Shown here in pieces: positions 10,426-21,758 of a DNA stretch of 64,000 nt. The notes beneath the pieces were generated by a model. It ran no database searches. It worked only from the letters and a program-made list of their open reading frames with translations, and was not told the DNA's origin. This DNA comes from Chlamydiales bacterium (GTDB lineage: Bacteria > Chlamydiota > Chlamydiia > Chlamydiales > JAAZZY01): the NCBI GenBank assembly GCA_965206695.1, contig CBDBKM010000005.1, positions 64,001-128,000 of the forward strand, read 5' to 3'. Each line of letters starts with the position of its first letter. Positions within the stretch are counted from its first letter, which is position 1. The position numbers and the translations under genes were made by a program.

Positions 10426-11880
10426 CTCACCTTACGCAAAGGTGACGTAAAGAAAGTTTTTTATTTTTATAATTTTTTCTCTAATTATGAGGAAAAAATA
10501 TGGAGTTTATTCATTATAGTGAATAAACTTTAATTTTTCTTTTATATATGTTATTTTTTTGACATGGCATATTCAACTGATTTAAGACAAAAGGCTTTAG
10601 CCTATATAGAAGGAGGAGGCTCTCAGGTAGAGGCCGGGCGTATTTTTGGTGTAACAACACGTACTTTATTGAATTGGATAAATAGAAAAAAAGCAGGTCG
10701 TTTAGCTGCCGCGACAACAAGAAAACGCAAACCTTATAAAATTGACGGAGATAAACTGAATCATTATATTGAAAAGCATCCTGACAGCTATTTGAGAGAA
10801 ATAGCTGCTGTTTTCAGTGTATCCGTTAACGCCATATGCAAAGCATGTAAGCGCTTAAAGATCACTTTAAAAAAAAGACGCCCTTCTACAGGGAACGGGA
10901 TGAGAAAAAAAGAGAGGTGTTTCAAAAAGAGTTAAAGCACATCCCTCCTGAAAATAGAGTCTATATTGATGAAAGCGGTATCAATGAATATCTCGATCGT
11001 CAACATGGCAGAGCTTTGAAGGGAAAATTGATTTATGGAGCCGTATCAGGTCATCGTTATCAGAGGGAAAGCTTTATAGCAGCAAAAAATGAATCACGTA
11101 TTTTTGCTCCCTTTTGTTATACTGGTACTTGCAATACGCTATTATTCAATACATGGCTTGAGCAGGTACTTATTCCTGAATTGAAGCCCGGGCAGGTTGT
11201 TATTATGGATAATGTAAGTTTTCACAAGTCTAAGGAAACCATAGACATTATCCAAAGCAAAGGGTGCCGTATTTTATTTCTGCCTCCTTATTCTCCTGAT
11301 CTAAATCCAATTGAGCAATTTTGGGCAAATTTTAAAAGAAAAATAAAAGAAACTCTTAAGCTCTATTCAGGGTTAGCAGAAGCTATCGATAGTGCTTTTG
11401 TTGAGGTGTGTAATATATGAAATATTAAAGTTTATTCACTATATGATACAGATAAGAAATTTATTTTAGGCATGAAGTCCAACAGACTCATCGCTTTCTC
11501 AGAAGAAGCAAGAAAAAAAGGTCAGTATCACAATCTTGAATCGGTTAATTTCAAGGATGGAGAAAAAAAGATAGTCCGGCTTAAAGATTTATCTTTTCCC
11601 GTTTCCTTAGTGAAAAAAGTCTTCAAAAACGAAGATAATTCCACGGGGACTCTATACCTTGTGAGCAACGACTTAAACCATGATACTGACTCATTCTATG
11701 AGATCTACAAAAAACCATATTTTTGCATCTCTTATATCTTATTGCAAGCCGGAATTTTTAAAAATTAAAACCCATCTTAACCATTTTGCCCTAAAATACA
11801 AATTATTGATCAAAGCAAATCAGGCTACCTTTCATGAGCCGGAAAAATTATATGCTATTTGATTTTGCGTAACATAAGTT
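10426..11880 (+). pseudogene. IS701-like transposase remnant interrupted by IS630
   Basis: MEFIH|YDTDKKFILGMKSNR reads across the IS630 insertion; VFKNEDNSTGTLYLVSND and NHIFAS motifs; imperfect ends sharing ttacgcaaa. Confidence 0.65.
10517..11441 (+). mobile_element. IS630-family element, two-ORF frameshift type (10564..10935, 10917..11420)
   Basis: IRs tagtgaataaactttaat with TA duplication; MAYSTDLR, YIDESG, MDNVSFH, LPPYSPDLNPIE; slippery A run at about 10869. Confidence 0.93.
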
Positions 11881-11884
11881 ACTT

Positions 11885-12652
11885 TCCAAAGCCTTATCTA
11901 TTGTATTTAAATTTGGTGAATAGGGAAGAAGCAATAGAATGTGACAACCTGCTTGTTTTATAAGTTGTTGTGAATATTGAGATTTATGAAAAGTTGCATT
12001 ATCCATAATAACAACTTGACCGGGTTTAAGTTCCGGAATAAGAAAATCTTTTAACCATAGATTAAATAACTTAGTATCACATGTTCCCGTATAGCAAAAA
12101 GGAGCTAAGATTCGAGATTGATTCTTTGCTGCGATAAAACTTTCACGTGCATATCGCATTCCTAAAACGGCTCCGGATACTTGAATTAATCCCGCTCTCA
12201 TCTACATAAACACGATTTTTCATGGGAATATTTTTTAGTGTTTTTTGAAACTCTTGTCGTTTTTTTTCATCTCTTTCTTTGTAGAACGGGATCTTTTTTT
12301 TAAGGTTAGTTTCAAACGTTTACAGGTATAAAAAATAGCCGGTATCCTAACACTCGATTCTTGAGCAATGTCTTTAAGATAGGCATCCGGATATTGTTGA
12401 AGATATTGCTTAAGTTTATGATGATCAATTTTACTTGGGCTAGGGCGCCTTTTGTTAGGAGCTAAGATCTGCAGCCTTTCTCGAGAAAATCCGGTTCGAT
12501 AAAGTGCGGGTTGTAACTGAAAAAATGATACTTGCCTCTTTTCGTATTCCCACATTTTTAATATATTTTAAAGCTTGTTTTCTTAAATCAAGTGAATATG
12601 TCATCCGGATATTTTACATGAATAAAATGAAAAATAAAATTTAATTTACTAT
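11885..12652 (-). pseudogene. Degraded IS630-family element
   Basis: MTYSLDLRK from ATG 12604; fragments with PFCYTGTC, MDNATFHKS, LPYSPNLN. Confidence 0.85.
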
Positions 12653-12654
12653 AA

Positions 12655-13080
12655 ATGGCGTCTGTTTCTCTCAGTCAAGCCTACCGGGGCCATTAACAGG
12701 GTTTTTGAAAACAAAATGATGATGCTTTAGCCCGGATGTCATCTCTTCTGTGTTATAGGAAATGTTATAGTGTTTTAAGACAGACGCACATAGACTCTGA
12801 ACCCTTCTATTAAGTGTATTGAGAAAGATATTGCACTCGTTCTTTCATTTGCCGTTTGGATCCTTTACCGGCTGATCCTCCTTTGGTATCATGCTAAGTT
12901 TTTCCTTCTGATTGACATCCCTTCAAATACCCATAAACACTCGAGCGGCTTAAGCGCAGAACATGAGCAATGTGATCAGGCTCTGACCGTCATCTCATGC
13001 AAGAAGCACACATAAACGATTACGTTCATTCATTCAAAAGTGCTTCTTTGATGTGGCGTTAATTGGTTCATACAAAACTA
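12655..13080 (-). pseudogene. N-terminal remnant of a second IS630-type transposase
   Basis: Manual translation gives IAHVLRLSRSSVYGY...KGGS...HYNISY...MTSGLKHHHFVFKNP...PGRLD with stops; resembles the 31172..32203 transposase. Confidence 0.7.
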
Positions 13081-13130
13081 ATATCATATTTATCCTTTTT
13101 TATGTACCTTATCAGTAGCGAAGAATATAT

Positions 13131-13239
13131 ACCTAAGGCAGTCGGTAATTTAAGCCTTTGGAGATCGTGTTAGACTAACACTTATTAGCAATGGTCGTTG
13201 AATGAGGAATCCCTTCATTTTAGGGTTGGACTCTGTCAG
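13131..13239 (+). mobile_element. Solo IS200/IS605 right end / omegaRNA scaffold
   Basis: Matches the tnpB-associated right ends (ggcagtcggtaatttaagcctttggagatcgtgttagact...tagggttgg...tgtca); no tnpB upstream. Confidence 0.85.
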
Positions 13240-13332
13240 ATTATATAAAAAATTTGGTCTTTAATTTTTGATCTCAAAATAGTTTTTTGACCCTTTGTTA
13301 AAGGGTTTTATAACAAGAACGCCTACTAAGAT

Positions 13333-13875
13333 ATGCAACGCTATTCTAAAACATTATTATTCATCGCCTTTCTCTTATCATGTCTACCTGCTGCATTAAG
13401 TCCTATTATCTTTCCTAATCTTAAAATAACTTATTTCGCTCCTTTTTTAGTTTTACTTTTCTATCAACGCTCTCTTTTGGCTACTTTATGGATCTCATCT
13501 TTAATCGGATTAAGCCTTGACTTAGTTTCATCGTACAGCTTGCTGGGTATGTATGCTGTGAATTATTGCGTAACAACACTTCTATTATATCATTTAAAAC
13601 GGCTTCTTTTTCAGGATCAACTTTCTACCGTTCCACTTTTAAGCTTTTTATTTGGTATTATATCAACTCTCATAGAAGTTATAATCCTTACCCTATCACA
13701 TGTGACTCTTTCACTTTCATTTGGATGGTTTATATCCGATCTTATCATCATGCCTTTCTGTGATGCCTTATTTGCTTTCATTGGATTTGTTTTGCCCATA
13801 TTTCTATTGAGCCATCTTCCCTTTGTAAAAATGCAGGTGAAACGACCCAAAACACTCATATTAAAAACGCCATAA
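13333..13875 (+). CDS. MreD-like membrane protein
   Basis: Multi-TM protein with GLSLDL..S..LG motif; chlamydial position next to folD. Confidence 0.65.
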   Translation: MQRYSKTLLFIAFLLSCLPAALSPIIFPNLKITYFAPFLVLLFYQRSLLATLWISSLIGLSLDLVSSYSLLGMYAVNYCVTTLLLYHLKRLLFQDQLSTVPLLSFLFGIISTLIEVIILTLSHVTLSLSFGWFISDLIIMPFCDALFAFIGFVLPIFLLSHLPFVKMQVKRPKTLILKTP

Positions 13876-13947
13876 TTAACGAGACAAGTTGTCAAGAACC
13901 AAGATATACGAGTATACTTTTAATTTAATTTTTTTGGGACCATATTG

Positions 13948-14790
13948 ATGATTATAGATGGAAAAAAAATAGCTAAAGAAATCCGTTTAGAAATGGCTTC
14001 TTTAATTAGTAAACATAAAACCCCTCCCGGCTTAGCTTTTATCTTAATAGGCGATAATCCTGCCTCTGAAGTATACGTTCGAATGAAAAAGAGGGCTTGC
14101 GAAGACGTCGGTATAAAATCTCAAGTTTTTACCCTACCCAAAACCATTTCTCAAGATAAATTGATTATTATGATCGAAAAGATGAATCAAGATCCATCTA
14201 TCGATGGTATTTTGGTTCAATTACCCTTACCTCACCATATTGATTCACCTCAACTCATGCAATGTATTGACCCGAAAAAAGATGTCGATGGTTTCCATCC
14301 TATCAATATGGGAAAACTATTAACGGGCATACCGGGAGGCTTTGTCCCTTGTACTCCGTTAGGTATTCAAATGATTTTAACAAGATCACAAGTTAAAATT
14401 GAAGGTAAGCATGTTGTCATACTTGGTCGAAGCAACATCGTCGGTAAACCATTAGCCGCTCTTTTAATGCAAAAAAAAGAAGCGGCTAACGCTTCTGTCA
14501 CCGTGCTTCATAGCCTAAGTGAAAATTTACATAGCATACTAAGAGAAGCGGATATATTGGTGGCAGCACTTGGAAGACCACATTTTGTTAAAAAGGATAT
14601 GATTAAAGATAAGGCTGTAGTAATAGATGTCGGCATTAATCGAATAGACAATCATTTAGTAGGAGATGCTGATTTTGATAATATTAAAGATAAATGTTCG
14701 TATATTACCCCCGTTCCCGGCGGAGTAGGCCCTATGACTATCGCCATGCTGCTTTCAAATACCCTTCTTAGTTATCAGAGAAAACAATGA
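13948..14790 (+). CDS. folD: Methylene-THF dehydrogenase/cyclohydrolase
   Basis: GILVQLPLP, KDVDGFHP, PCTP, GRSNIVGKP, TPVPGGVGPMT. Confidence 0.97.
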   Translation: MIIDGKKIAKEIRLEMASLISKHKTPPGLAFILIGDNPASEVYVRMKKRACEDVGIKSQVFTLPKTISQDKLIIMIEKMNQDPSIDGILVQLPLPHHIDSPQLMQCIDPKKDVDGFHPINMGKLLTGIPGGFVPCTPLGIQMILTRSQVKIEGKHVVILGRSNIVGKPLAALLMQKKEAANASVTVLHSLSENLHSILREADILVAALGRPHFVKKDMIKDKAVVIDVGINRIDNHLVGDADFDNIKDKCSYITPVPGGVGPMTIAMLLSNTLLSYQRKQ

Positions 14791-15774
14791 AAAAGATTAT
14801 GATTCTTTACCTGTTGTTATTCTCTTCCTGCAATCATCCGGATTCAAAAAAACGTCAGGTTACTCACTTCGAAGGCATCGCTATGACCATCCCCTATCGC
14901 ATGACGATAGGGAAAAATTTAAATGATCAAGAATGGCATCTTGTACAAGATACCGTTCTTACTGCATTTGACAATACTCATCAAACTTTTGACAATTGGA
15001 ATCTTGATTCCGAAATCTCTTTATTAAACACACTATCTGCATATGAAGTCGCTAACATCTCTGAAGAAATGTATCAGTTTTTATTAATGGTAAATCAAAT
15101 GTATACCCTAACAGAAGGTCGTTTTGATCCTGCTATAGGAGCATTGAAAGCCATCTGGAAGCAAACTGCTATTAATGGAGAAGAACCCTTTATTAATCTC
15201 AATACTAATTGGCACTCGATTCATTTTACTGAGTCTACTTTCTATAAAGATAACACAGCTGTTCAATTAGATTTCTGTGGTATTGCTAAAGGATATACGA
15301 TTGATCAAATCGTTATTGCCTTACAAGAAAAAGGCTTTGCCGATCTCTTTATAGAATGGGGGGGGTGAAATTCGCGCTTCAGGCTCTTATCCGGATAATC
15401 GTCCCTGGCAAGTATCTCTTTATCCCAAAAATTCTCTTATGAATAATCCGCCTAAAACCATACCCCTTATCAATCAGGCCATAGCAACTAGTGGAGATTA
15501 TTTAGACCGGTGGCCGGATCAAAAAAACAATACCGTTTGTTTTCATATCATTAACCCCGGCAATCACCAACCCCTACAGGTTACCTCTCATTCCATAACA
15601 TCTGTATCGGTATGTGCATCTAACTGCATGATAGCTGACGCACTTGCAACCGCCGGCATGATTTTTGATTCTATAGATGATGCTGAAGATTGGGCAAGAG
15701 GTGTTCAACGTACATTGCCGGAAACGACATTCTATTTTTACCAAAGAAATCCTGATAAACTTGATTCACTTTAA
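14787..15774 (+). CDS. apbE: FAD:protein FMN transferase lipoprotein (frameshift in G8 run near 15362)
   Basis: Lipobox LFSSC, SEISLLN, GRFDP, DFCGIAKGY, EWGGEI, AIATSGDY, HIINP, ADALAT. Confidence 0.9.
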
Positions 15775-15831
15775 AAAAAAATTTAGTAATATATTTTCCT
15801 GCTTCCACATGATAACAAAGGGTGCTTCAAT

Positions 15832-16670
15832 ATGAAAAAAATTATAATACCTATTCTTTTAATCGGAATAACTTTTAGCGGTATGTACGCTTATAAAAGA
15901 TTTTCTAATCCTTATGTCACATGTGATTTTAGAGGGCAATTGGGTAATAACATGTTCCAAATAGCCACTGCTACAGCTCTTGCAATGGATAATAGAGCGA
16001 CTCCTATTTTCCCAACTGTAAAAAAAAAGCAAGAATGGTCGTTTAAATAAAAAACATGTCTTTCATCGATTGCAAACAACAAAACATTTAGGCAAATGGA
16101 CTGTCTTTGTCGAGGAAGAGGATTACTGTCACTATCATCCTATCCCATACCAACCTAACCTTAAGATTTCCGGTTTTTTTCAAACAGAAAAATACTTTGT
16201 CCATCATAGAGAAACGATTCAAAAACTTTTCGGCTCCTAAGACCAAGCTAAAAAAAGAGATCACCAAAAAATATGCTCCTCTTTTAAATCAACCCCATGT
16301 CGCCCTTCATGTCAGGACATTTTTAGGCGATAACCGCAACCCGGATGATGACCCTAATTTTTGGAATTACTTCTAAAAGCTCTTGGAACACTTTCCCAAA
16401 AACCACATGGTAATTGTTTTTCTGATTTTATGGACTGGACCAAAGAACACTTTCCTATAACCGAGCATAACGTCGTCTTTATTGAAGGAAATCCTCACTA
16501 TTATGATTTTCACTTCATGACTATGTGTGATCATCAAATAACATCTCCGGCTCTTCTTTTCATGGTGGGCCGGTTGGCTAAATACCTATCCGGATAAAAA
16601 AGTTGTAGCTCAAGCAGGATGGGGAGGTGTTGAAAGTGAGGCGATTCCGGAATCTTGGATACAAATATGA
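15832..16670 (+). pseudogene. GT11 alpha-1,2-fucosyltransferase-like gene with multiple frameshifts
   Basis: GQLGNNMFQ, ALHVR, DFHFMTMCDHQI, and C-terminal IPESWIQI*. Confidence 0.8.
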
Positions 16671-16674
16671 TAAA

Positions 16675-17077
16675 ATAATTGCCATATAATTACCTGTTTA
16701 GTAGTATTTTCACTTGCTTTCCACTCATCAGTCCGGTTTGAGTGGGTATAGCGGCCCCGGATTACTGTCTTGTCTTGCCTACTAATTTCATAAATACAAC
16801 ATACCTTACGCACGCCTTCCGGTAAGCAAGCTACAGAATCAATCCCTACTTAGGAGGTTTCTTTAATCCTCTACCAACCCATTTTAAATTAAAGTAGGAT
16901 TACTCTCGTTTTGTAGTAGTATCAGTTTCCAAGGCTATGAGTTTTTATGAAACCCTTTCCGTATGCCCTACGGTAATTTTGAAAAACAACAGTATTGAAA
17001 TAAAAAGAACTGTTTAATACAAGAGAAGAACGCTCTCATCCCAATGCTAAAGCAAAGGGTTTTCTCGCTTGATTGTC
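16675..17077 (-). mobile_element. Non-autonomous IS605 derivative: left end plus long structured RNA-like region
   Basis: TTTAT|GACAA left end with hairpin (17031-17077); omegaRNA-type first hairpin ccgta-tgccc-tacgg (16959-16973); several further stems; no transposase ORF. Confidence 0.65.
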
Positions 17078-17360
17078 ATAAAGATACGAAACGAAAACAA
17101 AAAACGACCCGGTTTGGCTTGAGTGGATATTGAAGTGCAAGAGCTTCTAAAGGCCCTGGAGCTATCCTTTTTTTCTGTTTATTTAGATCCGGTAGGTCAC
17201 AAAGAGCTGTTTCAATCCCTCCTTGTTTAGGAGGCGTGAGTGCAAAAAAATCTCCATTTTATGCCGGAAAATCTAAAGTCGGGCAATTTGATTTTTCTAA
17301 AGGAGTTTTTCCACCTAACTCTTTTAAACAAAAATCCGTTAAACTGTGAATAACAGTAAC

Positions 17361-18557
17361 TTACGGATCAATTTTTTTTACCGAAAACTTGTCTGCCAGT
17401 AATATAATAATAAAACCAATTATTACCACTAGAATAATAGGTAAAAATTGGTATGAAAAATTTTTCGGCCAAATAGGCTCAATTAATTCAAGATGAATAC
17501 CGTTAAAAGGATGAAGAGGATTCAGAACATAACGAGAAGACCAAAAAGGCCATATTGATTTTAAAGCTCCAATCATGATGCCACATAAAAAGGCAATAGT
17601 CACACTAGAATAATACTTTAAAAGCCAAAACAAAAAACGTGAAAATATCACTAATCCGATAACAATGCCAATTCCCATATTCAAGAGAGTCCAAAACGCA
17701 TCCTCATAAATCCTCCCTTGAGTAAACCCCATGCTAAAATCTGCCAGGGAACCAATGATAAGAGAATACAATCCCAACATATGCATTAGATAGCTTCCTG
17801 AAATACCGGGCAGAAGCATCGCCGATACAGCCAAAATACCACAACAGACTAACCAAGGGTTAAAATAATGAACTTCTTGAGCCTCAACAAAATCTCTTGC
17901 TACTTTGACTTCATTCAGTAAATAACTGTAAACGGGAGTGTCATCAAAAATAATACCCTTACTTAACATAGCGCTCAATGTCGCTTCATTTACACCTGTT
18001 AACATCTGAGTATCTTCACGATAATTATGTGCTAAATCAAGATTTTTTTGAGCCGTATACACCCCTAGAGATACATCATACACAGGCTCATTTTGAGTAG
18101 GTAATTTAATTGATAGAAGCAAAATAATTGTTCCGATACCCAAAGCTAGAGCTATAAACTCTTTTTTAGTCCAATTTCTAACTTCTTTGAAACACAAGAA
18201 AATAGAAGCTCCTACCAATCCAATAAAAAAAGCATAGAAATACGTTCGTAATGGCTCTTGATTGAGAAGATAGCGAATAAGAGTAGAAAATATTACTAAA
18301 CTTAATGAAATACCGATGACTATAGCCGTAATAAATTTCCAAGGAATTAAAGATGAAAAGGCTTTAAATTTTCCTCGAAAGAGTAAGAGAATCGTTTTTC
18401 TATTGAAACTACGAATAGCTTGTAATAAATCGGCATATATCCCACTAAGAAAAGCAACGGTCCCACCTGATATCCCGGGTATTAAATCAGCTATTCCCAT
18501 TAACATTCCAATGCCGCAAATGTTAAACCAACTTTTTGAAACATCTTCTTTGGACAT
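17361..18557 (-). CDS. DUF368-family membrane protein
   Basis: MGIADLIPGISGGTVA and AMLLPGISGS repeated motifs, IWPF. Confidence 0.9.
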   Translation of the reverse strand: MSKEDVSKSWFNICGIGMLMGIADLIPGISGGTVAFLSGIYADLLQAIRSFNRKTILLLFRGKFKAFSSLIPWKFITAIVIGISLSLVIFSTLIRYLLNQEPLRTYFYAFFIGLVGASIFLCFKEVRNWTKKEFIALALGIGTIILLLSIKLPTQNEPVYDVSLGVYTAQKNLDLAHNYREDTQMLTGVNEATLSAMLSKGIIFDDTPVYSYLLNEVKVARDFVEAQEVHYFNPWLVCCGILAVSAMLLPGISGSYLMHMLGLYSLIIGSLADFSMGFTQGRIYEDAFWTLLNMGIGIVIGLVIFSRFLFWLLKYYSSVTIAFLCGIMIGALKSIWPFWSSRYVLNPLHPFNGIHLELIEPIWPKNFSYQFLPIILVVIIGFIIILLADKFSVKKIDP

Positions 18558-18979
18558 TAAAGGACGTCCATATATTTAGCAAATATCCAAAGCGCCAATA
18601 ATCCCAAGAATGAAGCTCCGATCCAGAGCACATTTGGTAACCATTTAACTCCTGAACCCGGAGCCCCTCTTACTTCAAGAGTGCCTAAGCCATAAGCAAA
18701 TTCTTGTTTACATTGAGGGTCTTTTAAAGACTGTAAGTTTTCATTAATCAACCTATCGCCATCCAAGCCAAGAAATTGGGCGTACTGCTTAATAAAGCCT
18801 TGAGCATATACAGGTGAAATTAAATTATTTAACCTCCCTTGTTCGATTGCTTGAAGATAATTAATTCGTATGGATGTACCGTTTTCAATTTCTTTTAGAG
18901 AAAAGTTTCTTTCTGTACGTCTTTCTTGTAATAAACCACCAACATGCTTCAATTGATCATTTAAACTCAGATCATTCAT
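18557..18979 (-). CDS. rodZ: RodZ-like HTH-TM protein
   Basis: HTH (T.IR..YLQAIE.G...YAQGFIKQYAQFLGLD) plus C-terminal TM; divergent from rnhC as in chlamydiae. Confidence 0.8.
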   Translation of the reverse strand: MNDLSLNDQLKHVGGLLQERRTERNFSLKEIENGTSIRINYLQAIEQGRLNNLISPVYAQGFIKQYAQFLGLDGDRLINENLQSLKDPQCKQEFAYGLGTLEVRGAPGSGVKWLPNVLWIGASFLGLLALWIFAKYMDVL

Positions 18980-19187
18980 AATTACCTCAAAATTATACTG
19001 TCATCAAGTATCTGTAATATAGGATTTTCAAGAAAGTCTTTTTTTTAGAAATATTTTTATAGTCTTTACATTACGATTTGGTCTTTTGCCAAATTCTTGT
19101 GTAGTAAGAACTCTCGTGCTATGATTTATCTTTTACTCAATTGATGGCAATAACATATTTATAAAATGACCGGAAGAGCACTCTTTT

Positions 19188-20108
19188 ATGACACAACCTA
19201 CTAAAGAAAATAGCAAACCAACATGCTTTGTCACTAAACTGGATCTGAATTTAACCGATAAGTTAAAACATGATTTAGAAAATCAAAGATTTACTTTTAC
19301 ACAACCCCCTTATTCTATCTTTTCTGCTAAAAAAAAAGGCCTTTCTGTTACTCTTTATGAATCCGGAAAATTAATGGTTCAAGGAAAAGCCATAGCTGAA
19401 TTTATGGAATTTTATCTGGAACCTGAGATTCTTAATTCTTTTAACTACAGCCACCCCGAAGCTTATGTAGATAAGCAACCGCGAATAGGGGTTGATGAGG
19501 CCGGTAAGGGAGATTTTTTTGGTCCTTTATGTGTTGCAAGTGCTTATGCCGATTCGGAGCAAGTAATAAAACTAGTTAAACTGGGTGTTAAAGATTCTAA
19601 GACCATGTCGGATAAAAAGGTTCTTGATATGGCTAAAATCATCCGATCATTATGTGTCCATCACACCATTCGTATCGGTCCTGAGAAATATAATGAGCTA
19701 TACCAAAAATTCGGTAACCTCAATCACTTACTCGCTTGGGGACATGCAACCTGTATCAAAGAACTTGTCGAAAAAACGGCATGCACCAATGTGATCATTG
19801 ATCAGTTTGCTTCAAAAACTATCGTCCCTCAAGCTTTGAAACGCTACCAACTAGAAGTAATGTTAACTCAAAGACACCGAGCTGAAGAAGATGTTGTCGT
19901 AGCAGCAGCAGCTTGTTTAGCAAGAGCTGCCTTTTTAGAGAGGCTTGCCGCATTAGGTAAACAATTTGAGATTGAATTACCAAAAGGTGCTTCTCAAAAA
20001 ACTATCCAAACAGGTATTAAAATAGCACGTAAGCTAGGTCCTGATGGACTGGCAAAAGTATCGAAAAAGCATTTCAAAACTTTTGATGATGTGATGCAAC
20101 AATGCTAA
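19188..20108 (+). CDS. rnhC: Ribonuclease HIII
   Basis: TBP-like N-domain (LYESGKLMVQG), IGVDEAGKGDFFGPL, VKDSK, DQF, LPKGAS, KKHFKT. Confidence 0.95.
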   Translation: MTQPTKENSKPTCFVTKLDLNLTDKLKHDLENQRFTFTQPPYSIFSAKKKGLSVTLYESGKLMVQGKAIAEFMEFYLEPEILNSFNYSHPEAYVDKQPRIGVDEAGKGDFFGPLCVASAYADSEQVIKLVKLGVKDSKTMSDKKVLDMAKIIRSLCVHHTIRIGPEKYNELYQKFGNLNHLLAWGHATCIKELVEKTACTNVIIDQFASKTIVPQALKRYQLEVMLTQRHRAEEDVVVAAAACLARAAFLERLAALGKQFEIELPKGASQKTIQTGIKIARKLGPDGLAKVSKKHFKTFDDVMQQC

Positions 20109-20176
20109 AAGAACTTCGTATCAACAATATTATTCTCATTGAAAAAGTGATGATCCCTTTCGAAAAAGGATTCAAT
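20102..20176 (+). pseudogene. recN: recN 5' fragment
   Basis: MLKELRINNIILIEKVMIPFEKGFN, overlapping the rnhC stop and cut by an IS5-family IR. Confidence 0.8.
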
Positions 20177-21758
20177 AGACTTCTTTCGAAATGCATCATA
20201 TGAATTCCAAATTATAAATTCCCGCAATAAGATTGAACCGCAAAGCAAACCTTTTTCGTCTATTTCGATAACGACCGGAAATGATTTTAAAGCGTTTGAT
20301 CACTCCTGTCACATTGTCATTCAAAACACGTTCCCTTGATAAATGTCTATTATTTTTCTTATCTTCTTTAGTTAGAGGCTTCTTCTTACTTTTCTTTTTT
20401 GGCATATTGGTATTAGCATGAAGCTTTTTTAATCCTTGATATCCCGTATCCGTTAATACGCTTATTCCCGGATGAATTTTTATTTTTGATTCCTTAAACA
20501 GTCTACAGTCATGTCTCCTACCATTAAAAAATGCAGTACAAATAATCTGTCGTGTTTTTTTATCTACTATAACCTGAGTCTTTAAGGTATGCTTTTTCTT
20601 TTTCCCCGAGTAGAATTTTTTTTGGGCCTTTCAACGGCTGTTTCCGTGGCATCTATTAAAATAAGCTCATATACCGAATCGTTTTTTAAAAGTGCTTTAC
20701 GACCGGGTAAAGCAAAATCAGAGTGCTTAATTAAGTGTACCTTCAACCCACTTTATACTTTTATAAGCACTGCTTTCACTTATAGTCATTTAATTTTACA
20801 TTGATAAGATTGCTTGATCAATGGCGAATTTAAAATTCGTAACTTTTCGTAATATCTCTCTAACTTTATTTTTCATATTAGCCCAATATTTTTCTATAGG
20901 ATTTAAGTCCGGAGAATATGGAGGAAGAAACATAAGCTTACAACCGGCAGATTCTACTATTTTCCTGCTTTCCGCTGACTTGTGAAAACCGGCATTGTCA
21001 AGAATAAGAACACTACCGGGTGTAAGCTGAGGAGTCAAAACTTCCTTAAGCCAAATATTGAATAACCCGGTATTACAAGTACCTTCAAAACACATTGGAG
21101 ATAAAAACTGCCCTTTAGATAGGGCTGAAATAATATTTTGCCTTATAAAGCGGTTTCCTGAAACCGCTCCAAAAACTTTTTTGCCGCGTAAGCTTCTTCC
21201 GGACTCACGAAATAAAAATTGATGAATCCCGGTTTCATCGAGATAAATTCTCTTGTCAAAGGGAATATTTTTTAAATTTTTCATAAAAGCTTCCCGTTTC
21301 TTTTCATCTCTTTCCTTATAGCGAGTAGTTTTTTTTTTCGTGTAATTTTTAATCTTTTAAGGGCATAAAAAATCGTTTGCGGAGTGACTGAAAAATAATC
21401 AGCAATTTCCGATAAAAAATAATCCGGATGTTTTTCTACATATTTAGATAACAACTCATCATCTAATTTCTTATAAGCATATTTTCTGCGGATTGGCTTT
21501 AAATGTCCTTTTTGCTTTTTTTGCAAGATCCATCGATATATTGTTGCGATACCTACTTGAAAAATATGGCCGGCTGTTTTTTTATCATGATGTTTTTCTA
21601 TATGTTGTAATACTTTCTCTCGAAGATCTACTGAATAGGCTCTAGGCATTGTTTTGTCCTTACTGTTTGTATAAAAAAAGAAGGATAACATATTATCAAA
21701 TAAAAATTAAAATACTATATACCGGAACTTTGACTGATATGAAAATAGGTCCTATATT
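20177..21758 (-). mobile_element. IS5-family (ISL2-like) copy A, 5'-truncated and interrupted by IS630
   Basis: IR agacttctttcgaaa at 20177; YRTYFHISQSSGI|SESSAYK reads across the IS630; TDTGYQG and RFNLIAGIYN motifs. Confidence 0.85.
20783..21717 (-). mobile_element. IS630-family element, copy 1
   Basis: TA-flanked; MPRAYSVDLR, YLDETG, LPPYSPDLNPIE; two ORFs joined at an A10 slippery site. Confidence 0.92.

Noticed and set aside
16700..16745. Hammerhead-like CUGAUGA...GAAA on the minus strand
   Set aside because: No convincing stem II or III; the motif is absorbed in the ccactca/tgagtgg hairpin.
17083..17350. Codon-like stretch beside the IS605 left end
   Set aside because: Stops present and no recognisable motif.
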